DNA of 64,000 bases, from positions 62,001 to 126,000 of the forward strand of contig JAAOMT010000638.1 of NCBI GenBank assembly GCA_016748015.1, written 5' to 3'. Under the pieces are notes generated by a model. The model ran no database searches. It was not told the DNA's origin and saw only the letters and a list, made by a program, of their open reading frames with translations. This DNA is from Geosiphon pyriformis uo1. Taxonomy: Eukaryota > Fungi > Glomeromycota. Positions 11,646 through 24,146 of this stretch are shown here, piece by piece (the stretch's first letter is position 1; each line of letters begins with the position of its first letter). A program made the translations under genes and the position numbers.

Positions 11646-12898
11646 TCTAAGTAAAAAACTGTTTATTTAAAAAAATATTGTGGAATTTTGCATAATCGAT
11701 ACAATCGCCACAAAAATTGACCATTCATTATCATTATTTTCTTTGACTTTCGCCTCTCCTGCTGGAATTTTCCTATATTATTTCAGTTCCTTTTCAAAAA
11801 GCTTTTTTTTTTTTTTACCATAAAAAGAGTTTCAAGAGTATTATACTTCAGTATTTAGATACCTAATATATTCGGAATTCCCACATAAGAATATCGTTGA
11901 AATTTATATTTTTCTTATTCAGTAAAGAATTTTTTTTTTCGTGAAAAGCTTACTCATTTCACATGAGATTCGTGTCACTTAAATCAATCGAATAGGAAAT
12001 AGTGATTATATAGAAAAGAACTAACCTATTTCATGTCCAAGATGACTATACCGGGATGAAGATCATGATTGCTAATAAGATTTTTCAAATGAAAACTAAA
12101 ATTTTAGACTTGGGCCTCTTGACGCTGAATATTTCTAGCTTTTATGAATTTCTATAATTAAGAAATTTAGAATTTAACCTTTATATAAGATAAACTATAA
12201 ACGATGTGGGAAACTCTTATAATTTCTGAATAGCTAGCTGAAGATAATTCGGACCTTTTTTCGTTTAAAAAACTTTGTTTATAGTCACTTTTGATAAATT
12301 TAAAATTGGAATTAAAAATAATTTGCAGAAATCAATTTGTGACCAATTATTATTATTAAGTTTTCCAATTTCAGAAATTTTCTTGACTAATAAAAAATTA
12401 ATTGAGCATTTTATCATGGGTTTTGTGTGAATAATCAAAAAGATATTTGTCGGTGTATGCAAGCAACTTTTGTGACTCTGTCTAGACTCTTCATATTTGT
12501 GCAACCTCTCAGAAGTATCAAATCTTATTTCGGTTATTCACGAAATTTAAGATAAGATTTTCTTCTGATCACATTTAAACATAACCAATTTAAAATTTAT
12601 ATTTGTACAAAAAATTTGGCAAATTTCTATTTTACACACTCATTGAACCTTAACTTTAAAAAATTATGTCGGCTGAAAAAACTCTATTTTGAAATATAGG
12701 GAAAACAGGTGTTATGTTTTGTAAAAAATTTGACTTATCATTATGTAAAACTTCCAGTCACAATAAAAGTCGCACTAATAATTCTTGAGATAACCGTAAC
12801 TTTTATTTCTAAAAGTTAAAAAAACGAGAGTCAAAATCTATAGCCTGACCTATGTTTTTTGATTGAGATTTGTCATAGTATTAACCATATAAGTGGTA

Positions 12899-13625
12899 AT
12901 GAGCATGTGTTGTTGTCGTAATTATAAAATAACTCACCTCACACTTTCGTGTAATCAATGTATTACAATACTACAATGTTGAAAACTTGAAATATTCCTT
13001 AATAGCCTTTTGTTCAATTTTATTGATTTGACTTTAACAAGAAGCAACATGGTTTACATCAAAAGATTCCAAATGATATGATTGTGGCTTCGCATTTAGT
13101 GTTAATATGTCGTCTATGTTTAATCAATCTAATTTACTGGAAAAGGTTGCCATTTAGGAATGAATATTTTGATTTCGTTTGTCAACATTACTTATATTGG
13201 TTGGATGTATACAGATTTAATGGGGGAAACGTTTATAATAAATGAGCTACTTAGATTAACGGCGGGTGATAGTAAAACGAACGCTTATCAAATAGATTTG
13301 AGCGAGCAAATTCATTAAAATCAATAAATCATTTTCATTACTTTTTAATTATAATTATAATTTTCATAATTCAAAGAAATCTCACGTCAGAAAATTACAA
13401 TTCCTCTTGAACCACGAGCTGATGTTTGGGGACAAGTTGTAATACCTTTTTTGAAATGATGATCTTATATCGCATCTGTTAATATTGGAATTTCGCCTTT
13501 AAGATTTGAAATTCGTAATTAAAGGATGTTCAAGTTTCAGAGGTTTGTTGCACCAATTATGAATAATATTGCGTTTTAATATTATAATGCACTGATCGAG
13601 ACGATAGGGAGAGATGTCTCCTCAA
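12899..13625 (+). pseudogene. Decayed methyltransferase paralog of the same family
   Basis: Collinear, frameshifted fragments: MSMCCCRN, YYNVENLKY, FSVNMSSMF, SNLLE/RLPFRNEYFDFVCQHY, KITIPLEPRADVWGQV|gt (cf. KILIPLGDRAGIWGKL), LKFVIKG, FVAPIMN...*YYNALIETIG (cf. FIAPLLN..HYDALVETME). Not in the ORF track. Confidence 0.75.
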
Positions 13626-15795
13626 CATCTAGTGTAAGAGATGAAAATATTTTCCATTTCCTAAGAAATAATCTTCTCCAAATAGCTTGTACCAACCCAA
13701 AGCTGATGGGGATCTTAAGTTAAACTTTAAAGAAAAAATGTTTTAAATAAAAGATATGAATTGGATCATCTTAAAAGTAACAAAAATATTATTGCTTTCC
13801 TTTCCAAATTTCGAGTTTCGCGCGGTTTTCTATCAAATCTTTATTTGTACTATATCAAAAAAATAATCATTTCGAATGATTAAATAAAATTGTACAATGA
13901 CATACTGAAATTTTTGATTCAATAAAATAAGGTACTGAAATTGAAAAAAAAAGAGCCGTATTATTGGGTAACTTAACAAGTAATGCGCGTACCATTTGAT
14001 GAATCTAAGGTAGAATAAATTGTATCAGTTGCATGAATTTTAGTAAAATATGAAATACAACCGATACGATTAATTGCCACTCACTTTTTCTGAAAATTTT
14101 AAAATCGGATTTATAATAAAGAGATGGTCTCCGCTCAAACGTTTTGTTAAACAAAAAAAGGCTTTCTTAATGAATTGTGTTTCATACAGCGATTTTTTCA
14201 TAGATCTGCAGTGGGATTCTCTATACTTTTTAGTATAAGAGTTGACAAGAAGGGGCAAATATCTTATTAGTACGATGTTTTAAAATCTGGTCATCCCAAA
14301 CCATAGTATAATCTTCACAGAGCTTGTATATTACCCTCATTTTAAATCTTAACTGAAAATTTAAAACGTATTTCTAAACGTCTTTAGCTGAAAACAAAAT
14401 TTCCAAATAATTTTAATATATATAATAAAATGGACTTGATCGTCAATATGAAAAAATTCTTTTTCAAAATTGCCGTTTTTTCAGGTCCCTCATTGTTTGT
14501 TTTGATTTAAGGTTCATTCTCTCTCCCCAATTTAATTTTCATCAATTTTCTGTTGACGTTTTTATTTCTTTGGTCATGTTACTTTTTGATTAAGGTTTCA
14601 TACGTTGCATACGTCAAAAATATTCTATTTACTAAATTAGGTAATCTATTTGATTAATTTGAGCCTTTGATATCATCTCAGATATGTTGAGTCTCTTAAT
14701 AAATTGTAAGCTTAATAAATTATCAGGGAATAATAATTTCATGTGCCAAAGAAATATTAATTTCGTAATTATCATCAAAGTAGACAGCTCAAGTAGTAAT
14801 GAATAGATGAGATAATCTATTTTTTTTTAGAAAGTATTAGAAATAAAATGCCTTTAGAGTCTTAATTTTTAAAGAGTTGTTATGTCTAAAAAACATTTTT
14901 AAAAGAAAAGAAATGTTTTTAAAAAAGATACAAATTTTGACCATGATATTTGAACATTTTAAATCCTTTTACCTATATATAAAATTCATTTTCATTGAAT
15001 TCTTTCGCACGTGACAATTTATTCCTTTTAAAATTATTTTCATGAAATAGAAATCGATAAAAAATACCCTTTAACGAGTCTCTATTTTTTTTTGTTTATA
15101 GTTTCACATCCTTGTACTTCGGTAAATCGTAATATAATTCTAAAAAATTTATCGCTTTTTTACCGACATATCACTGTTTTCCTCTTAATATACCCAATTT
15201 TTTTCACTTCAATATTTCTTTTAAAAGAATGATAGAAAATTTTGAGAAAAATCTATTTTCCAAGTTAATAAAAAATTTAATTTATATTAAAAATGAATTA
15301 TTTCTTTATTCTTATAATATATTAATACGAGAAAAAACATAAATTTTTTTAATATTAATTGGGAACAGCATATGATCTACATGAGGAAAGTACCCGATTT
15401 TCCTTCATGAAATTACATGCATCAAAAGAGACAAAAGGGGGAAGGTCTAAGCAAATTTGGCATACAAGTCTTATTAATTGTAGTAAAATATCTTAAATTA
15501 TTATTGTGTTATAAACAATTTTTCATCTTATTATTTCATAAACAATGTAAAGATGTTAATGCTATTATCTGTTAACAACTATCCTTACAATTCATACATA
15601 GCCTCCTGATTTGAAACTTTTTATTCTTGTCAATTTAAATCTTGTACAAAAAAAAACAAAAGAATATTAAATAAAAAAAGATAAAAATAATTTTTCGATT
15701 TAAAAAAATTTTATATAAAGACTTGATTTCTTAACTTTACAAATTCAGCAAAAATTTTTATTCAAACTTTTACGGAATTTATTTAGTTTAAAAAA

Positions 15796-16701
15796 ATGAA
15801 TTTCCCTTCACAAAAATCAACTTCATCCTCTTTATCAACTTTTCATGGGTTTCCAAAAGTATCTCGTCCTTTACGTGCATTAATTGAATTTGTTATTAGA
15901 ACAACAATTGATCCTGATACTCTTTCAAAAATTAATCGTCAGCTTACAAAACCATTACATCTTCTTATCGAACCTCGTTCAGTTAAACGACCAAACATTA
16001 TACCACGCCCTCAAAATCTTTTTGTACTCTACCGTTGCGATATGCAAGAAGTTTTTCTCAGAGAGAATGGGGAATCAACAATAGGAAATCAATTAAAAGA
16101 AGTTTCTAAATGGGCCTCAAAAAAATGGAAAGAGGAACCAGAAGAAATTCGAGATTTGTATCAGGAAATGGCTAAATGTGCAAAAAAAGTCCATTTAATG
16201 GCTTATCCCAATTATGAATATAAACCAAGACGTAAAAGAGTACCATTCAAGGAATTTTACAAAAATCATCAAATACATGTACATGGCAAACAAAAATTAT
16301 CGACTATTCTACCAGCCAATATAATCACACAGAGTGACTTTGAAATAATTAGTGAAAAAAATTTTTCGTCACAAGATTCTTTCTCAGCTTCTCACCTTCA
16401 ACAAAGAACTATTATAAATCGGCTCAACCCGACGATGCTGCCAAATCCAATTATTCCACATTCAACAATAAATCCTTACTCTAAAAATATGGAAACAATT
16501 TTAGCCTCCCAGTCAGCATGCAGCAAGTCACCACTATTTTTTTTACCATCATTTAAATCTTTTGAAAATAATTTTCATTTTCCTGCAATAAAGGAATCTT
16601 CAGTCCAATTGCTATCTCCCAAACCAATTGATCTAAAAAAAATGGATTGTTGGTATGATTTAAAAATGCAAAAAAAACTCAATGAATGCTGCAACCTATA
16701 A
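15796..16701 (+). CDS. MATA_HMG-box transcription factor, intronless, 301 aa
   Basis: IPRPQNLFVLYR...EVSKWASKKWKEEPEEIRDLYQEMAKCAKKVHLMAYPNYEYKPRRK is a canonical MATA/SOX-type HMG box, followed by a low-complexity S/P/N-rich C-terminus. Confidence 0.92.
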   Translation: MNFPSQKSTSSSLSTFHGFPKVSRPLRALIEFVIRTTIDPDTLSKINRQLTKPLHLLIEPRSVKRPNIIPRPQNLFVLYRCDMQEVFLRENGESTIGNQLKEVSKWASKKWKEEPEEIRDLYQEMAKCAKKVHLMAYPNYEYKPRRKRVPFKEFYKNHQIHVHGKQKLSTILPANIITQSDFEIISEKNFSSQDSFSASHLQQRTIINRLNPTMLPNPIIPHSTINPYSKNMETILASQSACSKSPLFFLPSFKSFENNFHFPAIKESSVQLLSPKPIDLKKMDCWYDLKMQKKLNECCNL

Positions 16702-16863
16702 ACGTTCCCTATCTAATAAAAATTATTGACACGTGACGCACTTTAAATTTGTTATCATATGATAATAAATTTAATTATAATTTCCCTCCATCACTTATTG
16801 GTCAAGAATTGTATAACGCGGCGTATTCTATTTTGTAAAATATCCAATAATGATAGTAATAAT

Positions 16864-16897
<34 letters not shown>

Positions 16898-17987
16898 GTA
16901 AGTATATGTAGCTCAAAATATTTAAGAAATTTTTTAAATTAAGTTAATATAGTTCCTGATTTATGTAATTTTTTCATTTTATTTTAAAAATCAATAATAA
17001 AAAATTTAAAAGTTAATGTATTTATTTTGGTTTGTAATTTAATGGATGGTTTGTTTTTTTCAGCAAAAAAAAAACTTTTTGTAAAACAGTATACTAGTAT
17101 TTTTTATTTTTCACCAACACAGATCGTACTATTGTAAAAAGAGTTACATGTAAACTGATAAAAATGGATCAAAAGACAAACAATATTATGTTCTGAATAT
17201 CCTACTTTTTCTTAAAATCAGCCAGCATAAACAGCTTTAAACAGTTGATGACAAATCATAATATTGATAATTATATATTGTTAATATACAAAAGCTTTGT
17301 TAAAAAAAATAAACTAGAGGGTTTTTATATAAATACATTTTCTTTGATTAAAAAATTGCACAGCATAATAAAAACTCCTTATATTACCAATATGTTTAAT
17401 ATGATGTTTAAAACATGTAAACTGGACAAAAACAAAATTGGAAAAAAGTCTTAAAGAATAATAAATCATTATTTTTTTAATCTTAACAGAATATAACAAA
17501 AGAAACAAAAATAAATGAGCTTTTTTCTGGTATTTCAATCATAATAAAAACGAATTAAAAATATTTTTTACAAACAGAGATTAAAACCTATTATATTACT
17601 TTATAAATTCGATATTAAAGTTATTGACAGCATTGGGGAATGACAAACAGAACACAGAGCTTACAAAAAAACCTATGCTAAAAACATAATTTTGTTGAAG
17701 GATCATACAAATCTTGAAAAGTGAGTGCCAATTAAACTTAAATTTTCATAAACATAATGCAGTTTCTTATATTTAAAAAGCCATAGAACCTTAAAGTAAA
17801 AACTTAAAAAGGGTATTTGAAAATTAAAAAAAAAACATGTTTTTAGCGTTTCTTAGTGGTTAATCAAATAAATTTATAAATAATAAAACTTATTAGAAAA
17901 GATTGAATAATTTTAAAATGGTTTTAAACAGTGGCTATGTCTTATAAAAAATTTATATTCCAAGAAATTGATATATTTAATTCAGAA

Positions 17988-19326
17988 TCATAATGAGTTA
18001 AAAAGTCTTTGAAGTTTAACTTTTTCCTCTAAGAAAAAATCAAGAGGGATAGGATTTCCCTTTACTGAAACTTGTGATTTGGAAAAATTTAGAATAAAAA
18101 TTCGTTCTTTTTCGGGTGTATCTCGATGATAACCCAGAAAAAAATTGGAAATCTCGAGGTTGTTATGTAAAATCTTGTGTTTGTGAATTGCTTCAATTGC
18201 CATCATTGCTTGATCTTCATGAATCTTTTTCAATTCGGAATTTTCGGCTGGCTTAATGAACTCTGTACACAAGATAAGCCTTCTGGATATTATTTCAAAC
18301 TGGAGAACCTTTGGAACAAATATTGTTTGAATATTTTCAAGTTTCTCTAAAACTCTAGCTTCATTAAGGATCAGGCTAAATTTCGAACCATCCGTTTCTG
18401 GGCAATGTTTAACGACAGCAAAATGGTTAATATTATATTGGACAAGATGGGTATTTTCTCCCAATTTTTTGATCACGTTTCCTTTTATACAATCGAAATA
18501 ATTGGTGTCATTATTTGGATTAGATGGTATATTTTGTTTACTAGGAACATTAGAAGGAAAATATTAATTTAATTTTTTGTTGCACCAGATGAAAAAGCAT
18601 ATATATTTACCCCTCAGTTGCAATTCTTGAGACTTGAACCAATGTAAACATATAATGAAAAGCTTCTCGAATCGTAGGGTTCTCCGAGTTATGATAAATG
18701 GGAGGCGAAATGAGAAGCTTCGTTGAGGAAGGGTTGGATCTCTTGAGAAACCAAGTGGTTTCATATGTAGAAAGAACTCCATATTGAAGATTTTTCAAAC
18801 ACATGTAATCAAAAAGTTGAATGATTTGAAAGTCGGGTTTAAAGTCTTTATTAATGACTAAATTCGATCTTAAGGCAATCGGCATAAGCACCCGATTCAA
18901 CCCATCATCTCTAAGAAGCCAGTTAATAGGTCCGATATTTTTTGCTGGTGAATTAAAGGACCTCGAAATCATTTCTAGTTCCGGATTTCGGATGCGTGCA
19001 AAACCCGGGTGACTTTCACAAACTCTATCAATGCTAAGATGAGAAAAATTTGTGAAGGACTTTATAGGAAACAAAATTTGTTTTTCCATCATATAGCATA
19101 GATTGGATTTTTTCTCAACAACTAATTCCTCTTGTGGAATTGGGATCAAATGAAAAAAATCGACTCTGGTCTGAACCATTGAATCTAACATAAAATTTGA
19201 CCATTCTTCTATAGAAGTTGGTTCTTGGTGCCTTCCTTGAGCAAAGAAATCGTATTTCCATGAATTAGAATATTTTAATGAAGCGGGAATTGATTTTAAG
19301 AACTCATGCTCTGTCAAAAAACTCAT
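17988..19326 (-). CDS. Restriction-endonuclease-like domain fused to an atypical kinase-like domain (Crinkler-associated architecture), ~422 aa; exons 19326-18611, 18540-17988
   Basis: QIIQLFDYMCLKNLQYGVLSTYETTWFLKR motif. A 70-nt GT-AG intron (18610-18541) joins the two track ORFs in frame. The kinase part has AVVK, LNEARVL, VPKV, IHKHKILHNNLEISNFF and ILNFSKS. Confidence 0.8.
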
Positions 19327-19490
19327 AGCTTTTAGCACATCTAATCAGATTGTGAAAGAGGCTTGACATTTTATAAAGAAAACTTTTCCTTCTGAATCTA
19401 AAAAAGGATAATTTAAGCAATAATTATAAAGTTTGCCCACAGGCTAGCACTTTAAATTGTTTACGCGAGCAGATGGCTAAGAATCTAAAC

Positions 19491-19527
19491 CATCATCATC
19501 ATAATCATCATCATCATCATCATCATC
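19491..19527. repeat. (CAT)n microsatellite
   Basis: Interrupted catcatcat run. Confidence 0.85.
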
Positions 19528-21704
19528 TTAATAATGGGTATTCTTTTTTTTTAAATTTTTGAGTAAAGAATCAAAGTTTTTAATTTGAAAAGGACAAAAT
19601 CTTTCCATTTCGGGAATAGTTGGAAGACTTTGTAAAGTTTCTTGCTTCCCATGTGCTATAGACACTCAGATTAAAAATTATAGCTGCCGAATTATTTTAT
19701 GTGCATTATTTTAGTTAATTTCCACAGCAAAAAATTTCGGGTATGTAACAAGAGAGACAACAGTGAACCTGGTAGCTATTACAGGTTTAAATTCCTATTT
19801 AACATAGGAGTTGGAAGCCAAGAAAGTGGTTTCTGGGATATCGCCAAATAATTATGATCTACACTCGAAAAGCCTTAAAAGGCAAAGCTTTTGTCAGATA
19901 AATTTTTGTATCACCAAAAAGTTACAAAAGGTAAAACCCAAAAAAAGCATATAAGACAATACTATCAAATAAAGATTTTTGAATTATTCCCAATGATTTG
20001 TGATATTGTCTGCAGAAAAATTTTTCCTGTTGATCAGAATAGACACAGAGGATGCCCCCAAAATAAGAAACGTGTTTTTGATAAAGTTTTTTTGTTCCCA
20101 AAAAAAATTTGTTCTAAAGAGAATTTGTATCTAAGTATTTAAGTATCTAAGTATTTAAGTATGTATTATCTTATGCTTGGCGCCAAAATTCATTAATACC
20201 ATTTAAAGGCATAAGTTGGCATTCTTTTATAGAACTTTTTCCTTTTCTCTGTCTTTACATGAAAAAATTTTGAAATTAAAATTTTAGAATTTTTGGTAAT
20301 AACAATGAGAAGAAACTCTAATAATAAAATAAAAATTGAATTCACAGGAAAAATCTATTATAGAGATGTATTTAAAAATTTTTACCCTTGTTTAAAAAAA
20401 ATTTCTTATCCTTTATAATTCCTCTTTAACTTTTTTTCCCTTTTTTTCTTTTTTAAAGTCAATTCTAAAACAAAAGTTTTTATTCATTTTTACATACGAA
20501 ATTAATTAGTCATGATGAATAAAAAAAATGACTTTTAACTAATTTAAAATTAATAGCAATTTTAATAATAAATCTTAATATTAACCAGTAAAAAATTTTC
20601 AAGATAATAGCTTAGAGTATAAAAACTTAAAAATCAATAAAAGAAAAATTAAACTGTAACGGTAAACTATAAAAGATTAAGAAAATATGATTGACTCGTT
20701 TGTCACAAAGGAAAAATTTGACCAAAATACTGTATAAAGTTTCTATTGTCTTTTAGGATATATCGGTCGAACTTGGTATGTATGCCAAATAATTCTGTGG
20801 GCACCGTATTACAAATAAAGAAGATATTAATCTATCACAACAGGTATTGGTAATTCCAAAATTTGAACTTGACGGTTTGGAAAATAAAACTTGTGAGATA
20901 ATCAAAATCATAAATAGAATTATGAATTATTAATAAATATTATGGGATCAATTTACACACACACTTGTGATTGATATTTTCAATAAAAACAAGTTTCTTC
21001 TCTTTGTTCATCAACAAAAAAAAATAACTAATTGAGATTTAAACAAAGATTCCAAAAATTTTTTAAAAGGTATCTATATATAAAAGTAATATTGCCCTGT
21101 TATCTTAGTTTTTGAAAAGTGACACTTGTTTTAAAAAAAAAATTTAATGAGTTCATAAGTCTCATGAAGTTTTATTTATTTTTTACAATAAAGCAGGAAT
21201 TGAATAATTATAATTGCATGTACATAAAAAAAGTGATTTTTGAATGGATCCTAATAATTCTATAAATATATATGCGCAGAAAAGTTCAACAGTGAGAAAA
21301 TCAGATTACGTTAAGTTTAATTAAAGATGAACGAATAAATGTAATTCCAAATCGGTAATTGGAAAAAAATAATTTACGAAACGAAGCGAAAAGTTCGAAT
21401 GGTGAATTTAATTTGTTGATTAGTTTTACTTTAGCGTTTTTATCTGGGTTAAAAAAATTGTTTACGCTATAAAAAAGGCTACACCAATAGTTATTTATAT
21501 CAATTTATCCTTATTATTTTACGAAAGAAAAATGGAAACTGTTTTGTTAAAATTTAGTATATTCCTAATATTTCGAAAAATATAGAATTCTTTAAAGGAA
21601 ATACGATCAATGATTGCCAGGTACAATAGCCGAAAAATCAATCACTTTAAAAAAACATTTTTCTAATAAAAAGCTTAAAATTTTGGATGATAATTGCGAG
21701 ACTA

Positions 21705-21746
<42 letters not shown>

Positions 21747-21855
21747 TTTTTGTTTTTGTTTTTGTTGCTGTTGTTGTTGTTGCTGTTGTTGTTGCTGTTG
21801 TTGTTGTGGTGGTGGTGGTGATGGTGGTGATGGTTGTTATTCTAGTTGTTGCTGT
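21705..21855. repeat. Compound microsatellite (GAT)n-(GTTTTT)n-(GTT/GCT)n-(GGT)n
   Basis: Directly visible; it produces the poly-D/poly-V ORF 21614-21892. Confidence 0.95.
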
Positions 21856-23623
21856 TTTGACCTATCAATTTGTTGTACTGCATAATTCATAGAAAACTAG
21901 GTAAATCATTTGAACTTCAAATGCCAAAAAGTGTATCGACTAGTTTTTTGGATCAAGAAGATAAAACCCTTAACTTTTGTTTTATGATGCATTTTTTAAA
22001 TAAGCCTTAAAAGGGAACGTGAAAAAAAAAAAAGGTTTTTCATTCAATCTATTGTCGATAAAATTCCAAGTCGTTGGAATTAGGGAATAATCATTTTTAA
22101 TGTGAAAATGGTATCTTTATATAATTCAGAATAAAATATATCACGAAACCCTGTATCATGAGTATTCATATTTAATTCATTGATTAGAAAATTAAATGAG
22201 AAATTTCTAGAGCCAATAAGATGTGGCTTTTAATTTTTTTAAGCTTTACTTACAAAAAAAATTCAAGCAATAAAATTTTAGATTTTTTTAAAATCCAGTT
22301 AGCAATGAAAACTGAACCAATAGTAAATGAAAATCATTGGAAATGATAATGTGAATTTAAGTTAAAATTAAATTAAAAGCTTTTTTTTTTTCTAATAAAG
22401 GACCGTTAAAATATAACGGTAACATAAGATAGTCGTTATTCTTTTGTATGTTCTATTTATTAAATTTTATATTCTTTCTCAATTCAATTTAGTGACTCCA
22501 TGATCATATGACAAATTAAATTCATCAATTTTCCTGTGCCAAAAATAAGAATTAATTTCAAGCTGTATTATGGATTCATCAATACTGTAATATCCTTTTA
22601 TTTATTAAATATAGAAGACCCTTTGATTTTCTTAAAAGAGAGGTGACCAATTTTTCCCTTATTATTGGGATCCATTTTTTCTAAAAAGAAAACTTCCATG
22701 CAAGATACGGATGCTTATCAAATAAAAAAAAAGACATACGAATCTGAAAATAAAATATAAAATATATTAATTTGAATTTCATTGCACAAGTAAACGAATT
22801 TTTCTTATTTGCCAAGTCTTACCTACCGTTTTTTGAAAACATCTAGTCAGGGTACTAGGAAATTTAAAACGTCTTTCCTTGCTATTCTTAGAGCATTATT
22901 TTTGCTCTTTTAGGTTTCATTTCTCAGAAGACCTTCTGTTACATTGTGGATACTCTATTCGTATCACATTAGAGAAGCTTGATCTCCCAGATTTTTTTTG
23001 ATTTTTTTATTATCTAATAACTTTTATATTTCTCATGGATAGTCAGCAGGCCTTACCCATTCATTCCTGTTTCTCAGTTTTTAATTTTTAATTCAGGCCA
23101 ACATTGATGATCTGTGTTATTACATTTGAAATCTAATTCTAGATTCCCGTAATAAGATTTTTTTTTTGATAGTTGACTCTGAAATGAATGACCTCCGTGA
23201 AATTTTTGTTTGGCTTTGAAAAAAATTTAAGAAAAAGTTATAATATACTATGTTAAGTCGTTTAAAGGATAAAGCTCTAAAAAAATTTTGCCCTTTGAAC
23301 TAATAATTTCACCCTTTGAAGCAAGCTAGAAGACAGTATGAGACTTTGATTTGTCTATTCAAGGTCCTGATAATACCTGAAAATTCAGACGTTGACATTA
23401 ATAATTTTGGTTTTCTCTGTTTTAAATACCACTAATGTCGGGTCAAAAAATTATATTTCTCAAACAATAGTTAAAAATTAAAATCTAAAAATATGTTACA
23501 AAATATGATAATATAAATTTTTTAATGAAAAAGAGATTTACTGATCGATCGTAATTTCCTTACATACTTTATTTAGCTAAAAACCCTTTGCAATAGTGTT
23601 TTCCTTTACGTCGTCTTTTTTGG

Positions 23624-24146
23624 CTAACAACCCTTCGCAATATTGAACCCATTAAAAACCCCTGTAAACGATACGGTGTCTTTAAAACAAGTTTGACCTG
23701 TCCATGTAAGAGCCGTTATTCGATAATAGTAATTTCCTGTTTTTGATTCAGGTCCAAGATTTAATGTGAAATATGGTGTATGAGGTGTTACATTAGGATT
23801 GATATCTCCTTCCCATTGCTTTTGTACTAAGCCAAATTGATTCATCAATTCTACTCTTATCACTTTGGATACCCAACTCTGTCCTGGATTAAAAGATATT
23901 TGGTAGCATTGTCCTTTTAAAATCGAAAATACAATTATTAGTAAAAAAAAAAACTTTTTTACAACTGACAAATTTAAAAAAGACTTTTTGATTCTAAAAT
24001 TTACCATTAGTGTATGTGTTTCCTGGTGTGTTTGGGGATGTTATAATGAGTCCATAGCAGCCTCCATCTTGTCGTTTTTTAAGGTCATATGGAATACCAA
24101 AAATGGTTGTAACAAAAATAGTTAACAATAACATAAAAAGTTTCAT
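23624..24146 (-). CDS. Small secreted protein, 143 aa, with signal peptide and Kex2 site; exons 24146-24005, 23913-23624
   Basis: MKLFMLLLTIFVTTIFG|IPYDLKKR|QDGGCYGLIITSPNTPGNTYTN-G-QCYQISF...CFKDTVSF...AKGC*. The phase-1 GT-AG intron 24004-23914 keeps the frame. Four Cys. The ITSP...G...I pattern resembles Kre9/Knh1 N-terminal Ig-like domains. Confidence 0.85.

Noticed and set aside
15796-16701. HMG gene as a mating-type (sexP/sexM) locus
   Set aside because: No flanking triose-phosphate transporter or RNA helicase genes, and MATA-HMG genes are highly multicopy in this group.
20127-20162. Short tandem repeat gtatctaagtatttaa x2
   Set aside because: Simple local duplication with no spacers; not CRISPR-like.
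21614-21892. 92-aa poly-Asp/poly-Val 'membrane protein' ORF
   Set aside because: It is the translation of a compound microsatellite and has a non-ATG start.
22800-23420. Coding-like fragments with splice-donor-like sites on the minus strand
   Set aside because: Many stops and no recognisable family.
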